Below are positions 13,750-26,468 of a stretch of DNA of 64,000 nt, piece after piece. Source of the DNA: Octopus sinensis. Taxonomy: Eukaryota. Made by a program: the position numbers and the translations under genes. Every line of letters starts with the position of its first letter. Within the stretch, counting starts at the first letter, position 1. Below the pieces are notes generated by a model that ran no database searches, was not told the origin of the DNA, and worked only from the letters and a program-made list of their open reading frames with translations. The stretch is from assembly GCF_006345805.1 (NCBI RefSeq), contig NC_043009.1:15190001-15254000 (forward strand). Reading direction: 5' to 3'.

Positions 13750-14450
13750 TGTGTAATTCGAGTAATATTTCTTCTTCAATCTTGCTTCAATAAAATACAC
13801 TTTTTATGGATAAGGCACGAATCTCTATCTGGTGAGGTTGTTTGCTGTAATGTACGTTAACTTACTAGGCGTACTGAATTGCGATCAATTTCGAAGTACT
13901 TGTATGATTTTTGCTTCGATGCCTTCAGTTCCATAACCAATCCGGATTGTAGTTTATGTTCTGTTGTGTAGGATTCGTTTTACTTCCTGATGTCTTACTC
14001 GAATTTTAAGGTTTGAAACATATATACATAGTACTCCTTCTATACAGTACTCCTGTTGTATTGGACAGGTTATTTGTGTTTGTGCTTTTAATGAGGCACG
14101 AAGTCAATATGTATTGTTCCTTGTGCTACGTTTCATACGTTTTGGTGGTGATAGTATCTAATAAACTCTTAGTTCCTGCTATTCGCTAAATTATATATTA
14201 AAATGCATTTTGTTTAGGTTATGAGTTATGATTCTGACATCTGCAAGACGGTGAAGAGCGTGTGCCGAAAGCACGAATTAGTAATTGAAGGTTATCCATT
14301 TGTCAAATAGATTGTTTTGCAAGTTGATATCATATATTATTGTAGGTTCTTTATATATTTGAATTTTACGCACTGAGCAAATCAGCGTAGTCGGGACATT
14401 CTTAGCTATCTTTTGTAAATTCTCTTCCTGAAATTCATAAAAACCTTTTG
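13750..14450 (-). mobile_element. Possible old Penelope-like GIY-YIG region relic
   Basis: CPIQQEYCIEGVLCIY resembles the CP..G.CL..GVVY motif that precedes the GIY-YIG domain of Penelope-like elements. Heavily decayed. Confidence 0.3.
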
Positions 14451-15213
14451 TTGGATGAATTACTTTATTTCAATCATCAGTCTTTATAGAATTTGGTTGG
14501 GAAATTCATTGATGTGTTTTGGGGGAGAAAATGTCCAACTGATTCATATCTATTAGCAATGAAACAATAATGATTTTTCTGCTGTTTTCGAGAAAACAGT
14601 TGTATATATATATGTATGTATGTATGTGTGTGTGTGTGTGTGTGTGTGTAGAAGGATGAAAAGGAACACACGAGTCGATATATATGGAAAAAATGTCAAG
14701 ATAGAAAATGCTAAAATAATTTTATAAAAAACATTTCAGTACCAGTTTCAGTCATTGTGACTTTTTCAACTGTAACAAATAAACAATTAAATTTAGAAAA
14801 ATTAAAAGAAAAGTTTTTTTAAAAGAATATTTGTATAGTGTTCAAATATAAGTGGTATTTTCCCTGTTTATGCCTGTCTCTGTCTCTCTCGTTTATTCTT
14901 GTGGGTTCGAGGGCGTTCTGAATTCTTGGTAGGGAAGAAGAAGAAGAAGAAGAAGAAGAAGAAGAAGAAGAATGTGGGAGTGACATGACAGTAGTCTATT
15001 GAACAGTCAACTAAGCTGACCCACAGCTGATGGTAGCAGTCGCTATTCAATTCATGGAGATATTTCTTTTGAATGTTTTGTTTATAAAATTTGCGTAGGT
15101 GTTATTCTAAAGTCACAATGACTGAAACCTGTACTGAAATGTTTTTATAAAATTATTTTAGCATTATTCAATCTTGACTTTTTTTCAATATGTATATATG
15201 TGTTATATATATA

Positions 15214-15252
<39 letters not shown>

Positions 15253-15406
15253 TATACAGGTATGTATGTTTACACACACACACATATCACACATACACAC
15301 CCATACACTCACGAGCCCACACGTACACACTCATACACGCACAACTCACTCGCACCCACACACACACAAACATATATATGTGTATAAATATATTTACATC
15401 TTTAGA

Positions 15407-15437
<31 letters not shown>

Positions 15438-15763
15438 TTATATTTGTAAAAAATGAAGTTCGAAAATGCTGCTATATTATACAATTTTTAATTTTTATAT
15501 ATACATTATAACATGTTTCAGTTCCTGAAATGAACCTTATCAAAAAAAGTTATATATAAAAAAAGACAGCTCATGCCGTCAAACACAAGAAATTCATTTA
15601 CAATATACAACGGAGTCAGACATCTTAAAGTTCAAATATAGTTTGATGTGAGTTAATTCATGCTATATGTTCAAAGTGTTCGATGCAGTGGCCCACGGTG
15701 GCGATACGTATTCAATACAAAAAAACAGATCAAAGTGGTGGAGAGCAGTCAATACAGAAGATT

Positions 15764-15822
<59 letters not shown>

Positions 15823-16372
15823 TGTATATATATACATATATATCATAAAAATATGAATTCCAATATACTTCTATCTGAAATAACTAATCTGTTAAACATA
15901 CAGTTTTCTTCATTATAGCCTTAGAATTTAACTTTATGGCGTAGTATGTATCACGTTTAGTAATAAATTCTTCCTAACGTATTAGCTGCAGACAATATGA
16001 CACAAATTGAATTATTAACGGACATTGAGATTCATTTAATTTTCGTCTGTTTTGCAATGAAGCAGTCTGTTTCAGTCAATGATTGATTATCTATAGGTCA
16101 TGGATAGCAACTCACAAATAACTATTTGCTACTTCAGCGAATATATGGTTGCACATTAGCATTTTTAACGCACTCAATCTCGGTTTAATTATTCACACAT
16201 GTTCTTGCGAATACATCGTGTTTTGATATGTTTCAAGAGAGAGTATATAAGGTTAAATACACTATTGAAGATGAGTAACCTAATAGCTAAGTTTATTACA
16301 TGTATGTTTTATAGGCGATGATATAGAACTTTATGGCATGAGGTCGATTGTTATAACCAATATTCGCATAAT

Positions 16373-16540
16373 AGGCACAGGCATGGCTTTATGGTAAGAA
16401 GCTTTACTTCCCAACCATATGATTCCGGGTTCAGTCGTACTGCGTGGCAGCTTGTGCAAGTTTCTTCTACTATAGCCTCGGGCCGACCAAAGCCTTGTGA
16501 TTGGATTTGATAGAATGAAACGGAAAGAAGTCAGTCGTAT
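16373..16540 (+). mobile_element. tRNA-derived SINE with CORE-like segment (AGGCGCAGGAGTGGCTGTGTGGTAAG-type head)
   Basis: Homologous to the copies at 29416-29570 and 58145-58317 (shared CTTCTACTATAGCCTCGGGCCGACCAAAGCCTTGTGA). Confidence 0.85.
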
Positions 16541-16571
16541 ATATATATATATATACATATATACATATATA

Positions 16572-16847
16572 TCACGTGATCGTGATCACGTGACTGACCA
16601 GTCGATCAGATGTAGTTACACATCTCTGGTCACAATGCGTTCGCATTGTTTTAGCCTTTGAATGACGCCACCCCGCTGGCAAAGCGAGCAGGCCAACAGA
16701 AGAAAGAGTGGTGGAAGAGTACAGCAGGGATCACCACTGCCTGCCGGAGCCTCGTGGAGCTTTTAGGTGTTTTCGCTTAATAAACACTCCCAACGCCCGG
16801 TCTAGGAATCGAAACCGCGATCCTACGACCGCGAGCCATTGCGCCTC

Positions 16848-16848
<1 letters not shown>
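16572..16848 (-). mobile_element. tRNA-derived SINE (GGAGGCGCAATGG head), tail variant B
   Basis: Same head and body as 2761 and 18939, with a short deletion in the head. Tail ends ...GGTCAGTCACGTGA followed by (TA)n. Confidence 0.88.
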
Positions 16849-16849
<1 letters not shown>

Positions 16850-16923
<74 letters not shown>

Positions 16924-17010
16924 GTATATATACATATATATATATACGTATATATATATATATATATGTATATATATAATATATATATATATGTAAATAT
17001 ATATATATAT
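16850..17010. repeat. (TA)n microsatellite between two SINEs
   Basis: Read directly from the sequence. Confidence 0.95.
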
Positions 17011-17215
17011 AGCACACCGGGCGAAATGCTTAGCGGTATTGCGTCTGTCGTTGCGTTCTGAGTTCAAATTCCGCCGAGGTCGACTTTGCCTTTCATCCTT
17101 TCGGGGTCGATAAATTAAGTACCAGTTACGCACTGGGGTCGATGTAATCGACTTAATCCGTTTGTCTGTCCTTGTTTGTCCCCTCTGTGTTTAGCCCCTT
17201 TGTGGGTAGTAAAGA

Positions 17216-17217
<2 letters not shown>
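17011..17217 (+). mobile_element. tRNA-derived SINE, abundant family (5' slightly truncated)
   Basis: Reverse complement of the 11266-11498 copy. Confidence 0.9.
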
Positions 17218-17275
<58 letters not shown>

Positions 17276-18938
17276 CATATACATATGTGTGTGTGTTTAT
17301 ATCTGTCGCTTTCCCTGTTTGTGTGTGTTTTAGCACTAATATCAATTATGAAATAATTACTCAATTTTGTAGTATTTAACTTACTTGAAGAATAAGCAAA
17401 TCAGTTAGCAATAGGTGTAAGGAAATCTTTTTTAAATCATTGCAAACCCACGATATAATAAATCCATATCTCGGCTGTAGGTTAAAGAATAAAAAAGAGT
17501 ATTCAGTATATCACTATTTAATTAACTGTTTAATGCTTAACGCTAGTAAATATGTTAACACATAAATAATTATTGCTTTTATGAAAATGGAATCTCCCAG
17601 TAAATTATTCTATAACATACGCCGCTTGTTATTATTGATTGGAGTAGATCGTAATTACTTGTTGGCATTTTGCGTCACTGTTCTGTCAAATACTGTGAAG
17701 CCTATATTTCCTTGGAGACTTTTAATATGACCAGAACCTATCTGGGGCTACTCGTACTTACCAGAATATCAAATATTATGCTACCACCTAATTCATATTA
17801 TGCTCACATTCCTTATCGGGTAATTATGTATTTAAGCAAACAAAACGAAACGATTATTTCTCATGCAGAAGGCTTATTAGAGCTTTTTGTAAGTAATTTA
17901 AAGAAAGTTAAAGCAAAACTTTGAATGAAATCATAAGAATTTAGTGAGAGATAATTTCCTATTGTATATCATTGGGCTGACCTCCCTTGTGTACAATTAC
18001 TGAATCGCTTATGCGGTTTCAATAAACTGGAAATCTATCTTGGCATTTCATATTTGAATGAAATTCTATCAATAGTTCATGTCAAATTAATACATTCAAA
18101 TTCACTGGAATTGCACTACAGAGAGTTCAGTCATGTGCATACGTTCAATATGTTTCTTCTGAATTATCTACGGACATAATATATTTGAGTTACAATATAT
18201 TATATCGAGCAGAATAATCCACTGGGATATTTCAATATATTTGAAATAAGTGTGTTTGAGTAAATTTCCACTAGCTTTGCACTTCCAGTTTTCATATAAT
18301 AGGTTAATTACACGACTGAAATGGGTCCACATTTCTTTCTACATAGCATATATATATTGTGTTCGCAAAATGTTGAGTCTGTGTAAAGTAAGCATGTGAA
18401 TTTACCATCCCATGTAGTAATGACAGGTAAATCACTGCTTATTGTGGCGAGACTTTTCTAATATTCATCAAATGCACAGGTATGACAGCAATAACTGCTA
18501 CTGAACAAACCATGCTCACTAATAAAAATAATAGTGTTCATAAAGCATTTTATCACCTTTGGTGTTTTCTCACATTAGCAAAGTAGTTGAAGGCTGACGT
18601 TAATTCTATTTCGGAGTTATTTGATCTGTAATGACTCTGCGAGACATGTGATTTGGTATTTATATAAGTACTTGCATGTGCACATATGAATGTGTTGTAG
18701 CATATGCTATTGAGTATGTGAATCTACATATTTTTTTATGTTTCTCGACTTATATAGTTCCCATATGTGTCTCCATCTACGTGTTACATGATAACATTTA
18801 GGTGTTCTTTATCGAATATAACATCATTACATTTTTGTGACTGTAATTTCCTAATAAACTGTAACGTTTTGAATATGTGATGCCCTTTTTCTTAAAACTC
18901 TCAACCCAACTAATACTGTTTGTTCCATAACCCTAATA

Positions 18939-19323
18939 GGAGGAAGCACTCCGTCGGTTACGACGATGAGGGTTCCGGTTGATCCGAATCAACGGAACAG
19001 CCTGCTCGTGAAATTAACGTGTAAGTGGCTGAGCACTCCACAGACACGTGCACCCTTAACGTAGTTCTCGGAGATATTCAGCGTGACACAGAGAGTGACA
19101 AGGCCGGCCCCTTGAAATACAGGTACAACAGAAACAGGAAGTAAGAGTAAGAGAAAGTTGTGGTGAAAGAGTACAGCAGGGATCAACTCCATCCCCTGCC
19201 GGGGCCTCGTGGAGCTTTAGGTGTTTTCACTCAAAAAACACTCACAACGCCGGTCTGGGAATCGAAACCGCGATCTTACGACAGCGAGTTCGCTACCCTA
19301 ACCACTGGGCCATTGCGCCTCCG
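18939..19323 (-). mobile_element. tRNA-derived SINE (GGAGGCGCAATGG head), tail variant C, full length
   Basis: Perfect 13-bp target-site duplication CATAACCCTAATA at 18926-18938 and 19324-19336. A and B boxes are intact. Confidence 0.95.
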
Positions 19324-22074
19324 CATAACCCTAATAATTATGTATAGAAATCTAAAGTTTCAATGTAGTTTGAGTATCATTCTCATGGGTTTGTCATAGA
19401 TGTTGTTTTTTCACAAACCTTTAACCATATATCAACATATATAGGAAAAGAGACATTCAGTATCTTTTTACTGTCCTAAATAATTTAAGCTGGTCTAAGG
19501 AAATTTCTACCAGTATTCATTCTTAACATGAGTAATTATAATTTCATTATCACTGCAACATCCCATAGTTGTATAATCGGGAATGGTCTCTCCATTGGAT
19601 GAATTGAAGAATGCTTTATTCACGAGATAGCAAAACTGCAGCGTTCAGAATAGATGTTGAATATCCAGCTATCGTTATATTCGTGTTAATGTCACTTTGA
19701 AACTTTCATCATATGTTGGTATCAACTACGGTTCATATATCAAGGGATTTTCCTACTATGATCTTTTGTGACAGATTTAGGCAACTTCTCTGGAAGCGTC
19801 AATATGTTGATGCTTCAGTGGTATGCATTTATAACAACCTTCAGGGTTTTTTTTAAGAACAACAGTGATCAGTCGTTTTGCATCGCTTGTTTAAAGAAAG
19901 TCATCATCGTGACACAAAAGATTAGCACTCTCAGCAGGTTGATGAGCTATTTCTGTGTGACCAAAGCAACGGTATAATCGTACGCGTAGTAATTTCAGTT
20001 ATATGATTTTGCTTGTGCATTGTCAAATACCTTTTAAATAAAAGGTGTCTAAATATCACATATATAAACATTATTTGATATTTATATTATTACAGATATT
20101 GTCATTAATATTTCATATTCTATTTGAATTTCAAAATTTGATAATAACATTTCATAACAGGTCTCTGTTTCAGTGCGTATATATTTCTTTCACTCCCCCT
20201 TTTTGCCGTGTTAGCACAGTAATATGTTTTTAATAGATTTACGAATCCATTAAAAAACAACTACTGTTAATTTTATCGTGTCACAACTATAATAGAATTG
20301 CTTGGAACTGGAATCATTTGGTCAGTGATCTACATCGATTCTTTCCTAATCGAACTACATCTCACAAATAGAAATGTCTTACAGATACTCAGAACAAATT
20401 ATCTGCAATGATTTTATAATATATTGAAATATTCGGTTGAAACATTATACTGCATGAATTAGGTGTCCACCTATCGGCTAGTTTACCAAACTCTGAGTAG
20501 TTTCTTGTGTCGTTCACTAAAGCTAGAATCATTGCAAAACCTACTATAAGTTGGTCATATAATGTATATTGAACCGTAACATAACTAAACATATAGAACT
20601 AAATTGTTCTTATTCGTTAATTCCGTCTTAATGTAAATTTGCTGTAATTAAATGGTCTATATTACGAAAGAAAAGATTGCTTCTGCATAGTTTTAAAATA
20701 CATCAGTAATATAATGCTAGGCAGTTGAAAAGTTCATTAGTCACGATACATACTAAAACCATTAGTCTTCAATATTTAGCGTTATCATCCATACCCGTCT
20801 AGACAGTAACGATACCTAACGTTGTCAAATTCAAATAATATATATATATATTTTTTTTTAATTTGAAATTTCATTTTGGTTTTGAACGACCGTGACAAAA
20901 ATTTTCTGTGCTAATGGGAAATTAAATAAACTCACTAATAAATATTATATTAACTCCGTGGAGCTACAATAATGTTTATCGTGTTTATTACTATTAAAAA
21001 TAATACTTTTGCAAATTCATAGACTAATTAATGCAATAAATGATGTAATATAATATATCTTATTTTCCTAATTACAACAACAAAGAATGAGACGCACTGA
21101 GCTTTGTTCATAGTTTCATACATGCAGACATATCTCCAAGAAGAATACAGAAGTAAAACTAATTACGCACAACAAGCTTCTGATAGTATCTCTGTAACCT
21201 ATTTCTTATGGTTTCGTTTGTTTCACGCAGTGAACTGCAGGTACCGTGTAGCATAACCTTCATGGGTTTTACACGATCATATTGCCTCTGGTACTTATTT
21301 CAGCATAGTATTACTGCCACATTTCCGCTGCATTGCCCATATCGCAGGATTGGCAGTCTACAGTTGCGGAGTGATATTCAAAACATCGAAAAGGGTACTT
21401 CAAAGGTTTTCACGATGACGGAATGGCAATTTAGTCAAGTTATTAAGGTCAAGGTGAAAAAGAATGACATAATAAATACAGAATTGGGAGCACGTTATGA
21501 ATAGCGGTGTATTAAAAAATCTGATGGTCTAGTGGATACTGTGATTATTTCATGAAAATGTATATTCGATTACCTTGGGATATAATTTTGACGGAGCATC
21601 ACATAATACCTAGTAGAGTTTTCTCACACAAATACGTTCTTAATTATAATCTCTTAACATTAACTTCGTTGAAAGCAGTTTATGTAACATATAAATGAAG
21701 TCACGCATTTTAATAAAGACAAATGAAGATTTGAGACAGAGTCGATGTTTTGATGATCCGCAAAATTCACACTGACATGCATTACAAATACCACATTAAA
21801 TGTCTAAAGACTTCTAAATCCTAATAAAGTATGTCTGAGTCATGGAACAGGTGTTATTCACTATAGCTTCTTTATCAGAATTTCAGAAGTTAGTAAGCAT
21901 CAGTGCAAGTAGTAGAATGTGTATTCATCGAAAGAAATTGTAAAACGAGAAACAGGGAAGTAATTTTTGTAATTATATTTATTCTATATTTGTACGTATG
22001 TATATCTGTGGGTGCGTGTATAGTTTCATGTGCATAAATATAAGCATAATACTTGAATATCTGATTCCATATAT

Positions 22075-22118
<44 letters not shown>

Positions 22119-22292
22119 CAACAAAATAGGGTAATAATAAATTATTATTACCAGTGGCCTAGCACAAAAAACGAATTAGTCATTAGACTATGTATTATTC
22201 ATATAGAAATACAATAAAAGACTTCCAAATAAGGAAGCGTTGTGCTAGAACACAAAAAAGGAATAAATTCACAAAAGGAATGAAAATTAAAA

Positions 22293-22374
<82 letters not shown>

Positions 22375-22419
22375 TAAATATGTGTGTGTGCCTAACTGAA
22401 AATATTAGTTTGTTAAGAT

Positions 22420-22975
22420 TATTTCTACAGATATTCTAGAGAAATTATAGTCAACACTGATTGTTTTTTGTTGTGTTTTTTTTGCTACAACGTTTCGTAT
22501 CGAGACGTCAGATGCAAACAACAATGAAATCGAATATAAAAATGGGTAATGAGTATACATGTCATATTTCGTGAGGGTTTCGCCTCTTCATGAGGACCCC
22601 TCAAATCTATTCTCCTCTCCGGACACATTGGTCACATAGCCACCGCATGCAGTGGTGTGAAATTATTGGATATACCAATGCACATCTTAAACGCATTCCT
22701 GGAGCTAGTATGTACACATTAATCACTTGTAGGTACGTGGTATTTCGTTATGAATCCATACTTTACTATAAAGTATATTAAATCATTTTATAAGTCAACA
22801 GCACATTCAGCTGCTTAGTAGAGCTTTTTAGATTATTTTGTTACGGTTATGAGGTTATTTCTACAGACATTTATAGAAATTATAGCCGCCACTGATTTCT
22901 TGCTACAACGACTCTTTACATCTGGCGTCTCGATACGAAAGGTTGTAGCTAAAAAACAATGCCGGCTATAATTCA
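22420..22975. repeat. Element with 31-bp inverted repeats plus a nested direct repeat
   Basis: 22484-22514 and 22919-22949 are reverse complements (29/31). 22420-22495 is repeated directly at about 22855-22910. Confidence 0.7.
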
Positions 22976-22999
22976 ATCGCATTCCGTCAGTTTAATTTC

Positions 23000-24215
23000 G
23001 AGTAAGAGTCCTAGTTTGCGCAAGTACTACCTCATAAATTTTCCTGTTATTTCTTTCTCCATCAATTTATCCAATTCTAATATCCCCAAATACTTATAGC
23101 CCATCTCTTTTATCTGCTTCATAACCTCCCTAGACGGTATCGCTAGCCCGACCATACCTTTGATTTTGCTTCTCTTCAAGACTATCACACCACACTTTTT
23201 GTGTCCAAACTCTATTCTGATATCAGCACTGAAAGTATACACAGTATCAACAAGGGAAATGGTATGGGATTCATCTTTACTGTAAATTTTGAGTTCATCC
23301 ATAAATAACAAGTGGTTGACTTGTTGTTGGAGTTCTTTAATACATACCCAGCTTTGCTTCCTTAGAATCAGTGTTAGTGATATCATGCACAGTACAAAGA
23401 TCAGTGGGGACAAGTAGTCCCCTTGGAAGACGATTCTGCTGAATTCTATTGTCCCTAAACTTCTACTTATATGCTGTCAGTTCCGTCCTCCAATTCGCCA
23501 TATTTTCTTCAAGCAATCGTCCAACATTCGATGCAATACCAATCAGATTCATACATTCCGTAACCCAAGAATGTGCGATCATATCGTATGCCTTACGATA
23601 ATCGATCCATGACATGGCTAAGTTAGTTTACCTCCACTAGCAGTTTCTAAATACAGTTTTCTCTAACAGGAGTTGATCCGTGGTACCTCTGCACTTACGT
23701 TTGTAACCTTTCTGCTCAGGTAGCAAGACACCATTTTTTTTTCAGGCGTTCGTACATTGACTCTGCGACTAATCCAGTCAATTATTTCCACATAAGTGGT
23801 AAGCAGGATATCGGCCTGTAATTGTCTACTGTATTGCCTTCTTCGAGGTTTTTCAATCATAACATTGTCCTACCCATTGTCAATCACTCTGGTGTTACTT
23901 GGTCGGCATTTAAAAAGGTGTCGAGTTGTACAGCTATTCATGCATGACATTCACCTTTTGATCCAGTAGCTTTGAAATCCATCTGGTTCTGGGGCCTTCC
24001 AGTTGCCCATTTTTTTGCTGATTTCCTTCACTTCACTAACTGAAATGACTAGTTCTATCTGTTCTGGACAGACTACTGTTTGTTTCAGTTCTTACAACGA
24101 TTCAGCATCCTTCTTATGCTCATTGACTTTGCTTCGGATGTCACTCAAAAATCTTTGACTTTCACTGTTATCTGGTATCAATTTTTCATCTGTACACTCT
24201 CCATTTATTTCTTTG
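23000..24215 (-). mobile_element. R4/Dong-like RLE non-LTR retrotransposon, RT fragment
   Basis: SPLIFVLCM...VNHLLFMDELKIY...FSADIRIEFGHKKC...YKYLGILE. Upstream lie decayed MAWIDYRKAYD and NYRPI motifs. Confidence 0.85.
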
Positions 24216-26050
24216 TGGAATGAGCAAGAGAATGTCGACAGGTAGAAGCCAACAGGTGAAAACTAGTTTAGAAGAACCAACACGGATGCAAAATCAAATA
24301 AATTTCTTGAAACTAGACTGTGAAGCTCTTGAAAACTCTAGTAAAAATTTAGAAAGCTTTTTCTTAAAGTAGTTGCAAATTATCGTAATCAGAATGTACG
24401 AGAAACCAAAGTAAAAACGAATGAGCCCAGTCATATACATAATGAAACATATGAAACAGTTTAACTGTTTTCCATATACAAGCAATCGTCGTTCTCACTG
24501 TACAGATGCTTATAATTCTCTGCACAGATGATATGAATCGCTGCACAGATACTATAATTGTGCTATTGGTTAAGTGATATATATTATATATTAAAATATT
24601 TTGGTGAGTATTGGGTGCTCGATACTGTGGAGTACATCACGACAAAACTTATATGTTGCCGGAAAGTATTAGTAGTAAAACATCTTACAGTCGACCGCAT
24701 AGGATTAAGGAAAATTTATGTATTTGTTTTTATATTTCTTGTAAACCACCTGAGCTGTAAGAGCTCAAGCTTATGATATTTTCGGTTACATATGTATGTG
24801 TATCAGTTTCTCGTGTATTAATGTATATAGTGTTGCTGGTTGGTTTTAATTTGTCTGAAACTTAGGCAATAGCAAATTAGTATGCCAACACTTATCAATC
24901 TCCGGATATAAATGCCATTGTACTAATAAAACGGTTTTGGAATTGTAACGATATGTCACATTTTCAATTCCGCAGGTGGACTGTCAACGCGACTTTGATA
25001 GACTTGTGTTATTAGACACACTATGTACACTTCAATAGCAGGTGTAGTCGGATACAAACGAATACACGTTTGTACATATGTAACACATACACTCACATTT
25101 CACCGGGTTCTTGTTAAATAAATCGTATCACAAAAGTGGGGAGATGGACTTGGGTGTACGTATCGAGATGCAATAAGTAATCGCTTTTAATGAAATCCAG
25201 CTCATTACGGCAACTCCTTGTCAAACTACCGGCAGTTTGACAAGAAATAAATGTTTTTCTTGTTCTGTAGTGAAATATGTGTGCGCATACGTTTATAAAT
25301 ATGTAAATATGATTGAGTTGGTTTGCACATTTAAGATGAAATGTGTTTTATTTGGATAAAATACGTCTACGACGGGAATGATGCTGCAATTGGTGGTGGT
25401 TTTATCTTTAACAGCCCATGGTGTGTAGAGATTTGACACAGCAGAAGTAAAATTAAATGGTTATAAAAATGCAAAACGGAAGAAAAGAAAGATTTTATGT
25501 GATAATGGAAAACATAAAAAGGAAAAGGAATCTATTGCGATACATACACTCCATACTTGTTCAAATTGCAAGTAACCAGTCCAGGAATAAGATATTAAGC
25601 TACATCTCATATAACATGAGTATGCCAGAAGGAGAAAGAAGATCCGTAAAATGATACCGCAATATAAGGTCCATTTTACCAGCAAAATTCGCTTGAAGAT
25701 TATAGGTAAAAGATGAACATAAAAGAAAATCAAATATAGAGAAATGTAGAACGGCAACGAAAAAGAGATAATCGTTCCAGAATTTTTATGCACCGACCAA
25801 AAGGAAAATGTCATACAGGTAGAAAGAACTGCATTGATTCACATTAATAAATGCTACAGTTTCAAAACAAGTGTCCTAATGCCAGCAATAACTTTGTCAT
25901 GAAGCAATTACTTTATTTCCTACGCATGAAATTTTAAGAATCAGTTGCCAAAAGAATTGGACATCTAATAGTCGATCTTTTAATGGTTCAAGTAATTCTG
26001 AAAAGGCGAGCAAGGGAGAAAGAGCATTTCAATATATATATATATATATA

Positions 26051-26245
26051 TCACCTTGACCGACCATTCTGTCAGGCGTCCATTTGACACCGCTGGTCAC
26101 AGCACGCTGTCCACTCCTCTCTGGATCACGCCTTTCTCATCCACGTGATCCCAATCATCCTCCTGAAATCGTAATTCCACCGTCGTGGAGGTCTTCCTGG
26201 TGGTCTTTTCCGCTCACGAGGGTACCACTCGACAACTGCGTGCGT
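26051..26245 (-). mobile_element. RTE-clade LINE extreme 3' end
   Basis: Translates AVVEWYPRERKRPPGRPPRRWNYDFRRMIGITWMRKA*SREEW. Ends GGTCGGTCAAGGTGA followed by (TA)n. Confidence 0.8.
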
Positions 26246-26274
26246 CCAATATACTTTTCTACTTAACGCACAAG

Positions 26275-26468
26275 ACCCGATATTTTGGGGGAGGGGGACA
26301 GTCGATTATATGGACCCCAGTACGCAACTGGTACTTAATTCATCGACCCCAAAAAGATTGAAGGCAACGTTAACCTAAGCAGAATTTGAACTCACAACAT
26401 ATATACAGCCGAAATACCGCTAAGCATTTTGCCCGGCCTGCTAACGTTTCTGTCAGGTAACCGGCTTA
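26275..26468 (-). mobile_element. tRNA-derived SINE, older variant of the abundant family (CCCCCTCCCCCAAAA-type tail)
   Basis: Shares head and central domain with the 11.3-kb copy but has a different tail. Confidence 0.8.

Noticed and set aside
21220-21460. Strong acceptor plus 10-nt microexon, and an FHDDGMA motif resembling a Penelope RT
   Set aside because: Both signals are short enough to arise by chance, and there are no supporting neighbouring motifs.
24960-25045. Splice acceptor TTTTCAATTCCGCAG with a downstream short frame VDCQRDFDRLVLLDTLCTLQ*
   Set aside because: All frames stop before a credible donor.
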